From contig NZ_CAURWX010000003.1 in assembly GCF_963528945.1 (NCBI RefSeq), forward strand, positions 265,674-329,673: a DNA stretch of 64,000 bases. The letters are read 5' to 3'. Below the pieces are notes generated by a model. The model ran no database searches. It was given only the letters and a program-made list of their open reading frames with translations, and was not told the origin of the DNA. The DNA comes from an uncultured Microbacterium sp. GTDB taxonomy: Bacteria > Actinomycetota > Actinomycetes > Actinomycetales > Microbacteriaceae. Below, in pieces: positions 28,713 to 39,711 of this stretch (the first letter of the stretch is position 1; each line of letters begins with the position of its first letter). The translations under genes and the position numbers were made by a program.

Positions 28713-29521
28713 CCGATGCCCCGATCCGCGTTCTCCTGGTCGACGACCACGCCATGCTGCGCGCCGGGTTCCGCACGATCCTCGAGACGCAGCCCGACAT
28801 CTCGGTCGTCGGCGAGGCGTCGACCGGGCGCGAGGCGATGGCGCAGGCCGCCGCGCTGCGCCCGGACGTGATCACGATGGACGTGCAGATGCCCGATATG
28901 GACGGCATCGAGGCCACCCGCCGGCTGGTCGCCGACCCCGATCTCACCGCCTCCATCGCCATCGTCACCACCTTCGACCGCGACGACTACCTGTATCAGG
29001 CGCTCGACGCCGGTGCGAGCGGGTTCCTGCTCAAGAACGCGGGAGCTGACGACCTCATCGCCGCAGTGCGCGCACTGGCCGTCGGCGACGGGATGCTCGC
29101 ACCGGAGGTGACCCGGCGCGTCCTGGCGCGGTTCGCCGGGGCGGGCGATGGAGGGCGCACGGCGACGACCACCCCCGCCGGCGGCACCGAGCGACCCGCC
29201 GATGCCTCCACCGGTGCGGCCGCGGCGATCCCGAGCGCGAACACGTCCGACGAGCCGGCCGCAGGCCCACGCGCGGGCCACACGGCCCCCACCGCCGCCG
29301 ACGGGTCCGCCGGCATTCCCACGCTCGTCGAGCCATTCACCGATCGCGAGGCCGAGGTGCTCGCCCTGCTCGCCGATGCCCGCAGCAACGCCGAGATCGC
29401 GACGGCGCTGTACATCGGCGAGGCGACCGTGAAGACGCACGTGTCGCGCATCCTGCAGAAGCTCGGCGCCCGCGACCGCGTGCAGGCCGTGGTGCTCGCG
29501 CACCGGCACGGTCTCGCATGA
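28709..29521 (+). CDS. NarL/LuxR family response regulator with a long low-complexity linker
   Basis: 270 aa with a receiver domain (VLLVDDH...TMDVQMPDMDG) and a LuxR HTH (TDREAEVLALLADARSNAEIA). ATGA overlap with the kinase gene. Confidence 0.9.
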   Translation: MTDAPIRVLLVDDHAMLRAGFRTILETQPDISVVGEASTGREAMAQAAALRPDVITMDVQMPDMDGIEATRRLVADPDLTASIAIVTTFDRDDYLYQALDAGASGFLLKNAGADDLIAAVRALAVGDGMLAPEVTRRVLARFAGAGDGGRTATTTPAGGTERPADASTGAAAAIPSANTSDEPAAGPRAGHTAPTAADGSAGIPTLVEPFTDREAEVLALLADARSNAEIATALYIGEATVKTHVSRILQKLGARDRVQAVVLAHRHGLA

Positions 29522-30708
29522 CGTCACCCGACGCTCGACCGGGCATCTCCCGCCCCCTCGTCGCCGGCGTCGTGACGGCGCTGGTCGGCTTCACCAGCTC
29601 GTTCGCCGTCGTGCTCACCGGCCTGTCGGCGGTCGGGGCCTCGGCCGCTCAGGCCGCCAGCGGCCTCCTCGCGGCGAGCATCACGATGGGGCTCGCGTGC
29701 ATCGTGCTCGCGTGGCGGTACCGCATGCCGATCACCGTGGCGTGGTCGACGCCCGGGGCGGCTCTGCTCGCGTCGACCGGCGCGGCATCCGGCGCGATCG
29801 AGGGCGGGTGGCCCGCGGCCGTCGGCGCGTTCCTCGTCACGGCGGCGCTGATCCTGCTCGCGGCGCTCTGGCCGGCCCTCGGAGCGGTGATCGCCCGCAT
29901 CCCGCGCTCGATCGCGCAGGCGATGCTCGCCGGTGTGCTGCTCCCCCTGTGCCTCGCGCCCGTGACCGGGATCGTCGAGAATCCCTGGGGTGTCGTGCCG
30001 GTCGTCGTGACCTGGCTGATCGCCGCGCGCTTCGCGCCGCGCTGGGCGGTACCTCTCGCGTTCGTCACCGCGGCCATCGTCGTGGCGGTCGCGCTCGTCC
30101 AGGCGGGCGCGCCGATCGATCCGAGCATCCTGCTGCCCCGCGTCGAGCTGACCGCACCGACCTTCACCCTCGGCGCGCTCGTCGGCCTCGCCCTGCCCCT
30201 GTTCATCGTGACGATGGCGTCGCAGAACGTTCCGGGCGTCGCGATCATGCGCAGCTTCGGCTACGAGGTGCCGTGGCGGCCGGCGATGCTCGTCACCGGC
30301 CTCGGCACGGCGCTCGGCGCCCCGGCGGGCGGGCACGCGATCAACCTCGCCGCGATCAGCGCCGCTCTCGCCGCCTCGCCCGACGCCGACCCCGACCCGC
30401 AGCGGCGGTGGATCGCCGGCGTCTCGACCGGGGTGTCGTATCTCGTGCTCGGCGCCGCCTCGGCCGCCTTCGCCGCCCTGGTCGTGCTCGCCCCGGCGGC
30501 CGTCATCCCGACCGTCGCGGGACTGGCGTTGTTCGCCGCCTTCGGCGCGGCCGTGCAACAGGCTATCGAGGATGCGGGCGAGCGCCTGCCGGCCGTCGTC
30601 ACGTTCCTCGTCGCCGCGTCCGGTATCCAGGTGCTCGGTGTGAGTGCGGCTTTCTGGGCTCTCGTCGCCGGTCTGGCCGTGCGCGTCGTGCTGCACCCGC
30701 GGCGGTAG
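29518..30708 (+). CDS. BenE family (benzoate/H+ symporter-like) membrane transporter
   Basis: 396 aa, polytopic. The VGFTSSFAVVL and PITVAWSTPGAALL segments are typical of BenE. ATGA overlap with the response regulator gene. Confidence 0.75.
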   Translation: MTSPDARPGISRPLVAGVVTALVGFTSSFAVVLTGLSAVGASAAQAASGLLAASITMGLACIVLAWRYRMPITVAWSTPGAALLASTGAASGAIEGGWPAAVGAFLVTAALILLAALWPALGAVIARIPRSIAQAMLAGVLLPLCLAPVTGIVENPWGVVPVVVTWLIAARFAPRWAVPLAFVTAAIVVAVALVQAGAPIDPSILLPRVELTAPTFTLGALVGLALPLFIVTMASQNVPGVAIMRSFGYEVPWRPAMLVTGLGTALGAPAGGHAINLAAISAALAASPDADPDPQRRWIAGVSTGVSYLVLGAASAAFAALVVLAPAAVIPTVAGLALFAAFGAAVQQAIEDAGERLPAVVTFLVAASGIQVLGVSAAFWALVAGLAVRVVLHPRR

Positions 30709-30727
30709 GTCCGCCGCGGGGCGGACC
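30708..30727 (+). terminator. short GC stem-loop right at the benE-like stop
   Basis: GGTCCGCC-GCGG-GGCGGACC. Confidence 0.4.
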
Positions 30728-30764
30728 CCGATGACGCCCGGCCCGGCGACGGCATCCGCTCGCA

Positions 30765-30782
30765 ATCCCCCGTACGGGGGAT
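30765..30782. promoter_or_regulatory. perfect 18-bp palindrome ATCCCCCGTACGGGGGAT upstream of the ABC operon
   Basis: Lies 23 nt upstream of the TAGCGT -10-like hexamer (30805-30810) and 35 nt upstream of the ATG at 30817. Confidence 0.35.
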
Positions 30783-30816
30783 GCCCGCGCCCCGCCCTGC
30801 TCCCTAGCGTGGAGGC

Positions 30817-31713
30817 ATGACCTCAGGAACGCTCCACCTCCACGGCATCACCAAGAGCTACGGCTCGCGGCGCGTGCTCGACGACGTCACCTTCGACGTC
30901 GCACCGGGCCGCCTCACGGGCTTCGTCGGCGGCAACGGCGCCGGCAAGACCACGACCATGCGCATCGTGCTCGGACTCCTCTCGTCGGACTCGGGCACGG
31001 TCACCCTCGACAACGCGCCCGTCACCGGCGTCGACCGCCGCACGTTCGGCTACATGCCGGAGGAGCGGGGTCTGTACCCCAAGATGAAGGTGCTCGAGCA
31101 GATCGTGTATCTCGCCCGGTTGCATGGCATCGGCAAGGCGGATGCCGTCGACCGCGCGACCGACATCCTCACCGAGCTGGGACTCGGCGAGCGCCTGGGC
31201 GACACCATCGAGTCGCTCTCGCTCGGCAACCAGCAGCGCGCGCAGATCGCCGCCGCGCTCGTGCACGACCCGAAGGTCATGATCCTCGACGAGCCTTTCT
31301 CGGGACTCGACCCGCTCGCGGTCGACGTGGTCGCCTCGACGCTGCAGGCCACGGCCGCACGCGGCGCGGCGATCCTGTTCTCGTCGCATCAGCTCGATGT
31401 GGTCGAGCGGCTGTGCGACGACCTCGTCATCCTCGCCGGCGGCACGATCCGCGCGGCCGGGTCGCGTGACGGGCTGCGCGCCGAGCACGCCGGCAGCCGC
31501 TACGAACTCGTCTCGGCCGGCGACGCCGGCTGGCTGCGCACCGAGCCGGGCGTCACGGTGGTCGACTTCGAAGGCGGATACGCCCTGTTCGACGCCGACG
31601 ACGCCGAGACCGCGCAGCGCGTGCTGCGCACCGCCGTCGACCGCGGCGACGTCGCCAGCTTCGCCCCCAAGCATCCCTCTCTCGCCCAGATCTTCAAGGA
31701 GGTCATCCAGTGA
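30817..31713 (+). CDS. ABC transporter ATP-binding protein (ABC-2/NatA-like)
   Basis: 298 aa with Walker A GGNGAGKTT, signature LSLGNQQR and Walker B ILDEP. TAGCGT-N6-ATG. Confidence 0.9.
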   Translation: MTSGTLHLHGITKSYGSRRVLDDVTFDVAPGRLTGFVGGNGAGKTTTMRIVLGLLSSDSGTVTLDNAPVTGVDRRTFGYMPEERGLYPKMKVLEQIVYLARLHGIGKADAVDRATDILTELGLGERLGDTIESLSLGNQQRAQIAAALVHDPKVMILDEPFSGLDPLAVDVVASTLQATAARGAAILFSSHQLDVVERLCDDLVILAGGTIRAAGSRDGLRAEHAGSRYELVSAGDAGWLRTEPGVTVVDFEGGYALFDADDAETAQRVLRTAVDRGDVASFAPKHPSLAQIFKEVIQ

Positions 31714-32816
31714 CCGCGCAGACCCCCGGGGGTTCCCCCCTCCGCAGTTCGAACGGCATCTGGCTCGTCGCCGAGCGCGAGATCGGGTCGAAGCTGCGCA
31801 GCAAGGCCTTCCTGATCTCGACGGTCATCCTGATGGTCGTCGCCCTCGCGGGAATCGTCATCGGCGGTTTCGCGAGCAAGAGCGCGGCCGACGACAAGAC
31901 TCCCGTCGCCGTGACATCCGAGACGTCGGCCGCGGTGTCGGCGCTGCCGGGCGTCGAGGTGACCGAGGTCCCCGACGATGCCGCCGCCGAGGCGCTCGTG
32001 CGGGAGGAGAAGGTCGACGCCGCCGTCGTGTCGAGCGACGGCCCGACGGGAGTCACCGTCGTCGCACTGACCGATGCGCCGAGCTCGTTGGTGTCGGCCC
32101 TGTCGCAGACCCCCGACGTGCAGATCCTCGAGCCCGCCGGCACGAATCCGCTGCTGCGCTACTTCATCGCCCTCGCGTTCGGCCTGGTCTTCCTCATGGC
32201 GGCGTCCACGTTCGGCGGCACGATCGCGCAGAGCGTGGTCGAGGAGAAGCAGACCAGGGTGGTCGAGCTTCTGCTGTCGGCGATGCCCGCCCGCGTGCTG
32301 CTCGCCGGCAAGGTGATCGGCAACACCATCCTCGCGATGGCGCAGATCCTCCTGCTGGCGGCGGTCGCCACGGTCGGCCTCATCGCGACCGGGCAGAACG
32401 ACGTGCTCACCATGCTCGGCTCCCCGATCATCTGGTTCGCCGTGTTCTTCCTCTTCGGGTTCGTGCTGCTGGCGTCGCTGTTCGCCGCCGCGGCGTCGAT
32501 GGTGTCGCGTCAGGAGGACATCGGCGCGACGACGACGCCCATCACGATGCTCATCATGGCGCCGTACATCCTCGTCATCGTCTTCAACGACAACCCGCTG
32601 GTGCTGACGATCATGTCGTACGTGCCGTTCTCGGCCCCGGTCGGCATGCCGATGCGGCTGTTCGTCGGCGAGGCGCAGTGGTGGGAGCCGCTCGTGTCGC
32701 TCGTGATCCTGCTGCTCAGCTGCGTGGCCGCGATCCTCGTGGGGGCGAAGATCTACGAGAACTCGCTGCTGCGCATGGGCAGCCGGGTGAAGCTGCGCGA
32801 GGCTCTGCGCGGCTGA
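31710..32816 (+). CDS. ABC-2 type transporter permease (NatB-like)
   Basis: 368 aa, GTGA overlap with the ATPase gene. One N-terminal TM, a large loop, then a C-terminal TM bundle. Confidence 0.8.
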   Translation: MTAQTPGGSPLRSSNGIWLVAEREIGSKLRSKAFLISTVILMVVALAGIVIGGFASKSAADDKTPVAVTSETSAAVSALPGVEVTEVPDDAAAEALVREEKVDAAVVSSDGPTGVTVVALTDAPSSLVSALSQTPDVQILEPAGTNPLLRYFIALAFGLVFLMAASTFGGTIAQSVVEEKQTRVVELLLSAMPARVLLAGKVIGNTILAMAQILLLAAVATVGLIATGQNDVLTMLGSPIIWFAVFFLFGFVLLASLFAAAASMVSRQEDIGATTTPITMLIMAPYILVIVFNDNPLVLTIMSYVPFSAPVGMPMRLFVGEAQWWEPLVSLVILLLSCVAAILVGAKIYENSLLRMGSRVKLREALRG

Positions 32817-32827
32817 CCCCGCAGGCG

Positions 32828-32868
32828 ACGGAACCCCCGGTGGCGGATGCCCGCACCGGGGGTTCCGT
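32828..32868 (+). terminator. strong stem-loop terminator candidate after the ABC-2 permease
   Basis: Perfect 15-bp stem ACGGAACCCCCGGTG/CACCGGGGGTTCCGT with an 11-nt loop, 12 nt after the stop. Confidence 0.6.
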
Positions 32869-32962
32869 CATGCCTGCGCGGAATATCCATGCGGACACAT
32901 GCGTTCGCACACGCGTAGGCGGACGACGAGGTCCGATCGGCATCCGTCTGAAAGGCACGACC

Positions 32963-33550
32963 ATGAGCACTCCCACCCTCGACCGCACCGCCCCGACCGA
33001 GCATCCGGTGCTCGACGTGCTCGCCGCCCGCTGGAGCCCGCGCGCGTTCGACGCCACCGCCCCCATCGACGAGGCCAAGCTCGCCGCCTCGCTCGAGGCC
33101 GCGCGCTGGACGCCGTCGGCCAACAACTCCCAGCCGTGGCGCTTCATCGTCGCCCGCCGCGGCACCGCGCTGCACGCGCAGATCGTCGACTCGCTCGTCG
33201 GCTTCAACCAGACCTGGGCCGTGAACGCGGCCGTGCTCGTCGTCGCCATCGCCGAGACCGCGACCGAAGAGGGCACCCCGATCACCCACGCCCTCTACGA
33301 CCTCGGTCAGGCCGTCGCGCACTTCTCGGTGCAGGCCCACCACGAGGGGCTGCTCGTGCACCAGATGAGCGGCTTCGACCCCGAGGTCGTGCGCGAGTTC
33401 GCCGACCTCGACCCCCGCTTCGCGGCCGTGACCGTCTTCGCCGTCGGCGAGTTCGGCGACGTCGAGGCGCTGCCCGAGGTGCTGCAGCAGCGCGAGACCG
33501 CACCGCGCGTGCGCCGCCCCGTCTCCGAGTCGGTCATCCTCAGCGCCTGA
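32963..33550 (+). CDS. nitroreductase family protein
   Basis: 195 aa with RWSPRAF...EAARWTPSANNSQPWRF, typical of the nitroreductase fold. Confidence 0.85.
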   Translation: MSTPTLDRTAPTEHPVLDVLAARWSPRAFDATAPIDEAKLAASLEAARWTPSANNSQPWRFIVARRGTALHAQIVDSLVGFNQTWAVNAAVLVVAIAETATEEGTPITHALYDLGQAVAHFSVQAHHEGLLVHQMSGFDPEVVREFADLDPRFAAVTVFAVGEFGDVEALPEVLQQRETAPRVRRPVSESVILSA

Positions 33551-33568
33551 CCCGCTCGTCTTCCTCCG

Positions 33569-33627
33569 CTCCCGTCGCACTTTCTGTCGCCTGCGCCCGC
33601 CCGCAGCGACAGAATGTGCGACGGGAG
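33569..33627. repeat. hairpin repeat family B, copy 1 (CTCCCGTCGCACTTTCTGTCGC-N15-GCGACAGAATGTGCGACGGGAG)
   Basis: 22-nt arms at 33569-33590 and 33606-33627. Confidence 0.9.
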
Positions 33628-33667
33628 CGTTCTGATTTGTGAGGGGTACGGCGCGACCACCCCGCCC

Positions 33668-33673
33668 TACAAT
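33668..33673 (+). promoter_or_regulatory. -10 hexamer TACAAT, 6 nt before the ATG of the APC permease (leaderless layout)
   Basis: TACAAT-N6-ATG(33680). Confidence 0.45.
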
Positions 33674-33679
33674 CGTCCA

Positions 33680-35191
33680 ATGGCCATTCAGCGCAGGGTG
33701 AAGTCCGTCGAGCAGTCGATCGCCGAGACGCACGACGAGAAACGCTCCCTGCGCCGCTCGCTCGCGGTGTGGGACCTCGCCGTCATGGGCGTCGCCGTCG
33801 CCGTCGGCGCGGGCATCTTCTCGGTCGGTGCCGAGGCATCCGCCCGCCACGCCGGTCCGGCGGTCATCATCTCGTTCCTCATCGCCGCCGTCGTCTGCGG
33901 ACTCGCGATCCTCTGCTACGCCGAGTTCGCGTCGTCGATCCCCGTCGCGGGTTCTGCCTACACCTTCACCTACTCGACCCTGGGCGAGTTCCTCGCCTGG
34001 ATCATCGGATGGGACCTCATCCTCGAGATGCTCATGGCGTCGGCGGTGATCGCGAAGTACTGGGGCGTGTACCTCGGCGACGCGGTCTCGCTGTTCGACC
34101 TGCAGATCCCCATGACCCTCCACCTCGGACCGTTGAGCTTCGACTGGGGCCCCGTCGTGATCGTGGCGGTCTTCACCACCCTGCTCGCCCTCGGCACCCG
34201 CCTGTCGAGCCGCGTCAACAGCGTGTTCACCATCATCAAGGTGGCGATCGTGCTCTTCGTCATCGTCGTCGGGCTGTTCTTCGTCAACGGCGCCAACTAC
34301 TCCCCCTTCGTTCCCCCGGCGCAGGAGGGCGTCGCCTCCGAGAGCGCATGGACGCAGTCGCTCTTCTCGTTCCTCACCGGGGCCGACCCGTCGATCTACG
34401 GCGTCTTCGGCATCCTCAGCGGCGCCGCGCTGGTCTTCTTCGCGTTCATCGGGTTCGATGTCGTCGCGACCAGCGCCGAGGAGACCAAGGACCCGAAGCG
34501 CACCGTCCCCCGGGGCATCCTGCTCGGTCTGGTGATCGTCACCGTGCTCTACGTGCTCGTGGCCGTCGTCATCACGGGCATGGTCTCGTACACCGAACTG
34601 GCGAAGCTCGACGAGCCCTCGCTCGCCAGCGCCTTCGAGCTCGTCGGGGCCACCTGGGCCGCGCAGGTCATCGCGATCGGCAGCCTGGTCGGCCTCACCA
34701 CCGTGGTGATGGTGCTGCTCATGGGCCTGGCGCGGGTGGTCTTCGCGATGAGCCGCGACGGCCTGCTCCCCCGCTCGCTCAGCGTCACCGACGCGAAGCG
34801 GGGCACGCCCATCCGCATCCAGCTCATCGTCGGCGTGGTCATCGCGATCATCGCCGGTTTCACCGACGTGCAGGTGCTGGGCGACATGATCAACATCGGC
34901 ACGCTGTCGGCGTTCGTCCTCGTCAGCATCGGGGTGCCGATCCTGCGCAAGACCCGACCCGACCTCGAGCGCCCCTTCACCGTTCCGCTGTCGCCGTGGC
35001 TGCCCTGGATCTCGGCGCTCGCCTGCTTCTGGCTGATGCTGAACCTGAGCACCGAGACGTGGCTGCGCTTCGGCATCTGGCTCGCGCTCGGCATGATCAT
35101 CTACTTCGGCTACTCGCGCCGTCATTCGCTGATCGGCCAGGGGCTCGAGAAGGACGCGATCGGCGGCCTCCGGCGCCCGCCCCTCTCCTGA
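33680..35191 (+). CDS. APC superfamily amino acid permease (cationic amino acid transporter-like)
   Basis: 503 aa with LAVWDLAVMGVAVAVGAGIFS and FAFIGFDVVATSAEETKDP motifs. Confidence 0.85.
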   Translation: MAIQRRVKSVEQSIAETHDEKRSLRRSLAVWDLAVMGVAVAVGAGIFSVGAEASARHAGPAVIISFLIAAVVCGLAILCYAEFASSIPVAGSAYTFTYSTLGEFLAWIIGWDLILEMLMASAVIAKYWGVYLGDAVSLFDLQIPMTLHLGPLSFDWGPVVIVAVFTTLLALGTRLSSRVNSVFTIIKVAIVLFVIVVGLFFVNGANYSPFVPPAQEGVASESAWTQSLFSFLTGADPSIYGVFGILSGAALVFFAFIGFDVVATSAEETKDPKRTVPRGILLGLVIVTVLYVLVAVVITGMVSYTELAKLDEPSLASAFELVGATWAAQVIAIGSLVGLTTVVMVLLMGLARVVFAMSRDGLLPRSLSVTDAKRGTPIRIQLIVGVVIAIIAGFTDVQVLGDMINIGTLSAFVLVSIGVPILRKTRPDLERPFTVPLSPWLPWISALACFWLMLNLSTETWLRFGIWLALGMIIYFGYSRRHSLIGQGLEKDAIGGLRRPPLS

Positions 35192-35220
35192 CCCCGGCGC
35201 CGAGCCACGACGCACGAACG

Positions 35221-35279
35221 CTCCCGTCGCACTTTCTGTCGCCCCGCCGAGGCGGAAACGACAGATAGTGCGACGGGAG
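35221..35279. repeat. hairpin repeat family B, copy 2
   Basis: The left arm is identical to copy 1. The right arm is CGACAGATAGTGCGACGGGAG. Confidence 0.9.
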
Positions 35280-35296
35280 CGTTGTCGTGGGGAGGG

Positions 35297-37459
<2,163 letters not shown>

Positions 37460-37495
37460 CTGTCCCTCCTGGGAGACTCCTTCTGGTCGATGGTC

Positions 37496-37523
37496 ACTCA
37501 AACTTGAGTTGGCTTGACTCAAG
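37496..37523 (-). promoter_or_regulatory. HAIR (HspR-associated inverted repeat) operator upstream of clpB
   Basis: CTTGAGT-N7-ACTCAAG at 37503-37523 matches the HAIR consensus exactly. An additional overlapping half-site ACTCAA lies at 37496-37501. Confidence 0.8.
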
Positions 37524-37561
37524 TTTAGCAGGAGGTGGCGTCGGCGACAACGGGCCGACGG

Positions 37562-38776
37562 TCAGCGGATGCCGAGCACCGCATTCCAGATCGCGCCTGC
37601 GACCTGGCGTTTCGTTCCCGCCGCCTCGGCGACGACCGCTCCGCCCTCGCCGATCACCTCGACGGCGTTGTGCGGCTTCTCGAACCCGTGCTCCGCATCC
37701 GCGAGGTTCACCGCGAGCAGATCGACGCCCTTGCGCTCGCGCTTGCCGCGCGCACGCTCTCGGCGATCCTCGGCATCCGGCAGCGTCTCGGCAGCGAATG
37801 CGACGATCGTCTGCCCGGCGGGGGCGCGCCCCTCGGAGCGCGCCGCCGCGAGGGCCGCCACCACGTCTTCGTTCTCGACGAGCTCGATGCGTCCGAGCCC
37901 GCCCTCGGCCTTCGTGAGCTTGTGATCGGCGGCCTCGCGCGGCCGGTAGTCGGCGACCGCCGCGGCCATCACCACCACGTCGGCCGAGGCGGCGGCATCC
38001 TTCATCGCGGCGGACAGTCCGGAGGCCGTGCCGACGTGCACGACGTCGATCGACGGATGCTCCGCCGCATCGAGCACCGCGGCATCGACGTGCGCGGCCA
38101 CCAGGGTGACGAGGGCGCCGCGGGCCGCAGCCTCCGCCGCGAGCGCGGCGCCCTGTCGGCCGCTCGACCGGTTGCCGAGGAACCGCACGGGATCGATCGG
38201 CTCTCGTGTGCCACCGGCCGAGATCGCGACACGGAGGCCGCTGAGGTCGCCGGGGGCGAGGAGCGCCTGCACCGCGGCGAGGATCTCCTCCGGCTCGGAC
38301 ATGCGCCCCGGGCCCGCATCACCACCGGCGAGCTCGCCATCGGCGGGACCGACGAGGTGCACTCCGCGGGAGCGCAGGGTCGCGATGTTCGCCTGCGTCG
38401 CCGCGTGCCGCCACATCTCGGCGTGCATCGCGGGGGCGATGAGCACCGGCGCCTCGGTCGCCAGCAGCGTCGTGCCGAGCAGGTCGCCCGCGAGACCGGC
38501 CGCCATCGACGCGATCGTGTTCGCGGTGGCCGGAGCGACGACGACGAGGTCGGCATTCTGCCCCAGCGCGACGTGCCGCACGCGCGCGACATCGTCGTGC
38601 ACGCTGGTCGTCACGGGATGACGGCTGATCGCCTCCCACGTCGGCAGACCGACGAAGCGCAGCGCGCCCTCGGTGGGCACCACCGTGACGTCGTGCCCCT
38701 CCTTGATGAGCAGGCGCACGAGGTGCACCGCCTTGTATGCGGCGATGCCGCCGGTGACTCCCACGACGATGTTCAC
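37562..38776 (-). CDS. coaBC: bifunctional phosphopantothenoylcysteine decarboxylase / phosphopantothenate-cysteine ligase
   Basis: 404 aa with an N-terminal flavoprotein domain (IVVGVTGGIAAYK, PAMHAEMW) and a CoaB domain (ISAGGTREPIDPVRFLGNRSSG). GGAGG RBS before the GTG. Confidence 0.9.
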   Translation of the reverse strand: MNIVVGVTGGIAAYKAVHLVRLLIKEGHDVTVVPTEGALRFVGLPTWEAISRHPVTTSVHDDVARVRHVALGQNADLVVVAPATANTIASMAAGLAGDLLGTTLLATEAPVLIAPAMHAEMWRHAATQANIATLRSRGVHLVGPADGELAGGDAGPGRMSEPEEILAAVQALLAPGDLSGLRVAISAGGTREPIDPVRFLGNRSSGRQGAALAAEAAARGALVTLVAAHVDAAVLDAAEHPSIDVVHVGTASGLSAAMKDAAASADVVVMAAAVADYRPREAADHKLTKAEGGLGRIELVENEDVVAALAAARSEGRAPAGQTIVAFAAETLPDAEDRRERARGKRERKGVDLLAVNLADAEHGFEKPHNAVEVIGEGGAVVAEAAGTKRQVAGAIWNAVLGIR

Positions 38777-38849
38777 GCCTCCGATTCTGCCCCAGCATCC
38801 GTCCGCCCGGGCCGTGCCGGCGACGCGGGGCGCGCCTAGACTCGGAAGG

Positions 38850-39548
38850 GTGTGCACGGTCGTGATCGATGTCGAGAGCGCAGGCGCGGCGCGGCTGCTG
38901 GCCGTGCGCGACGAAGACCCGCAGCGCGAATGGGATGCCCTCGGCCCCTGGTGGCCGGAGCGGTACCCGGGCGTGATCGGCATCCGTGATCGCCGCGCCG
39001 GCGGCGCGTGGCTCGCGGTCGACCCGGCACGGGGCCGCCTCGCCGTGCTGCTCAACCGCGCCGACCTGCAGGAGCTGCCCGCTGAGCGCGCGGTGTCCCG
39101 CGGCACACTCGCGCTCGAGTCGGTAGCCGGGCACTCCCCCGCAGGCACCCCGCCCATGCACGGGTTCAACCTTCTGGAGGTCGGACCGGAGGGCGCCCGC
39201 GTGCTCTCGTGGGACGGCGTCGAGGTGCGCGAGACCCCGGTCGCGCCGGGGACGCACATGATCGCGCACGACGACCTCGACGACCCGGCGACACCGCGCA
39301 TCGACATGTGGCTCCCCCGCTTCCGCGCCTTGGGTCCGGCCGCGGAGAGCGAAGACTGGGCAGCCGACTGGACCGGGCTGCTCGCCGAATCGGCGGAGCT
39401 GTCGCCCGATGACGACCGCGCGATCATCCGCGACAACCGCCCGCACGGCTACCCCACCCAGTCGCTGCTGTACGCGACAGCATCGCTCACCCCGACCGGC
39501 GTCGAGGTGCGCGACCACACGCTTCCCACCCCGGCGCACTGGGGCTGA
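38850..39548 (+). CDS. NRDE family protein (TANGO2-like)
   Basis: 232 aa. The protein starts with the CT dipeptide typical of NRDE proteins, with a GTG initiator. TAGACT-N7-GTG. Confidence 0.7.
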   Translation: MCTVVIDVESAGAARLLAVRDEDPQREWDALGPWWPERYPGVIGIRDRRAGGAWLAVDPARGRLAVLLNRADLQELPAERAVSRGTLALESVAGHSPAGTPPMHGFNLLEVGPEGARVLSWDGVEVRETPVAPGTHMIAHDDLDDPATPRIDMWLPRFRALGPAAESEDWAADWTGLLAESAELSPDDDRAIIRDNRPHGYPTQSLLYATASLTPTGVEVRDHTLPTPAHWG

Positions 39549-39711
39549 CCGCATCGGGCATCCGTCCGGCGCCGCCCGTCCACGCGGCGCATCCACCCCG
39601 CGCCACCACCGCACCACGTCGCGCATCCACCCGCCACGCCGGACGACTGCGTAGTCATCGGCCGGCCCCGCCGGTCTAGCATGGAATCCCCGGCACGGAA
39701 GAGGAGGGGCC

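Noticed and set aside
37460-37522. N-terminal extension of clpB to the ATG at 37522 (ORF-track start).
   Set aside because: The 21 extra codons include the HAIR operator and have no RBS, whereas the ATG at 37459 has AGGAGG at optimal spacing. Even with the extension the N-domain would still be missing.
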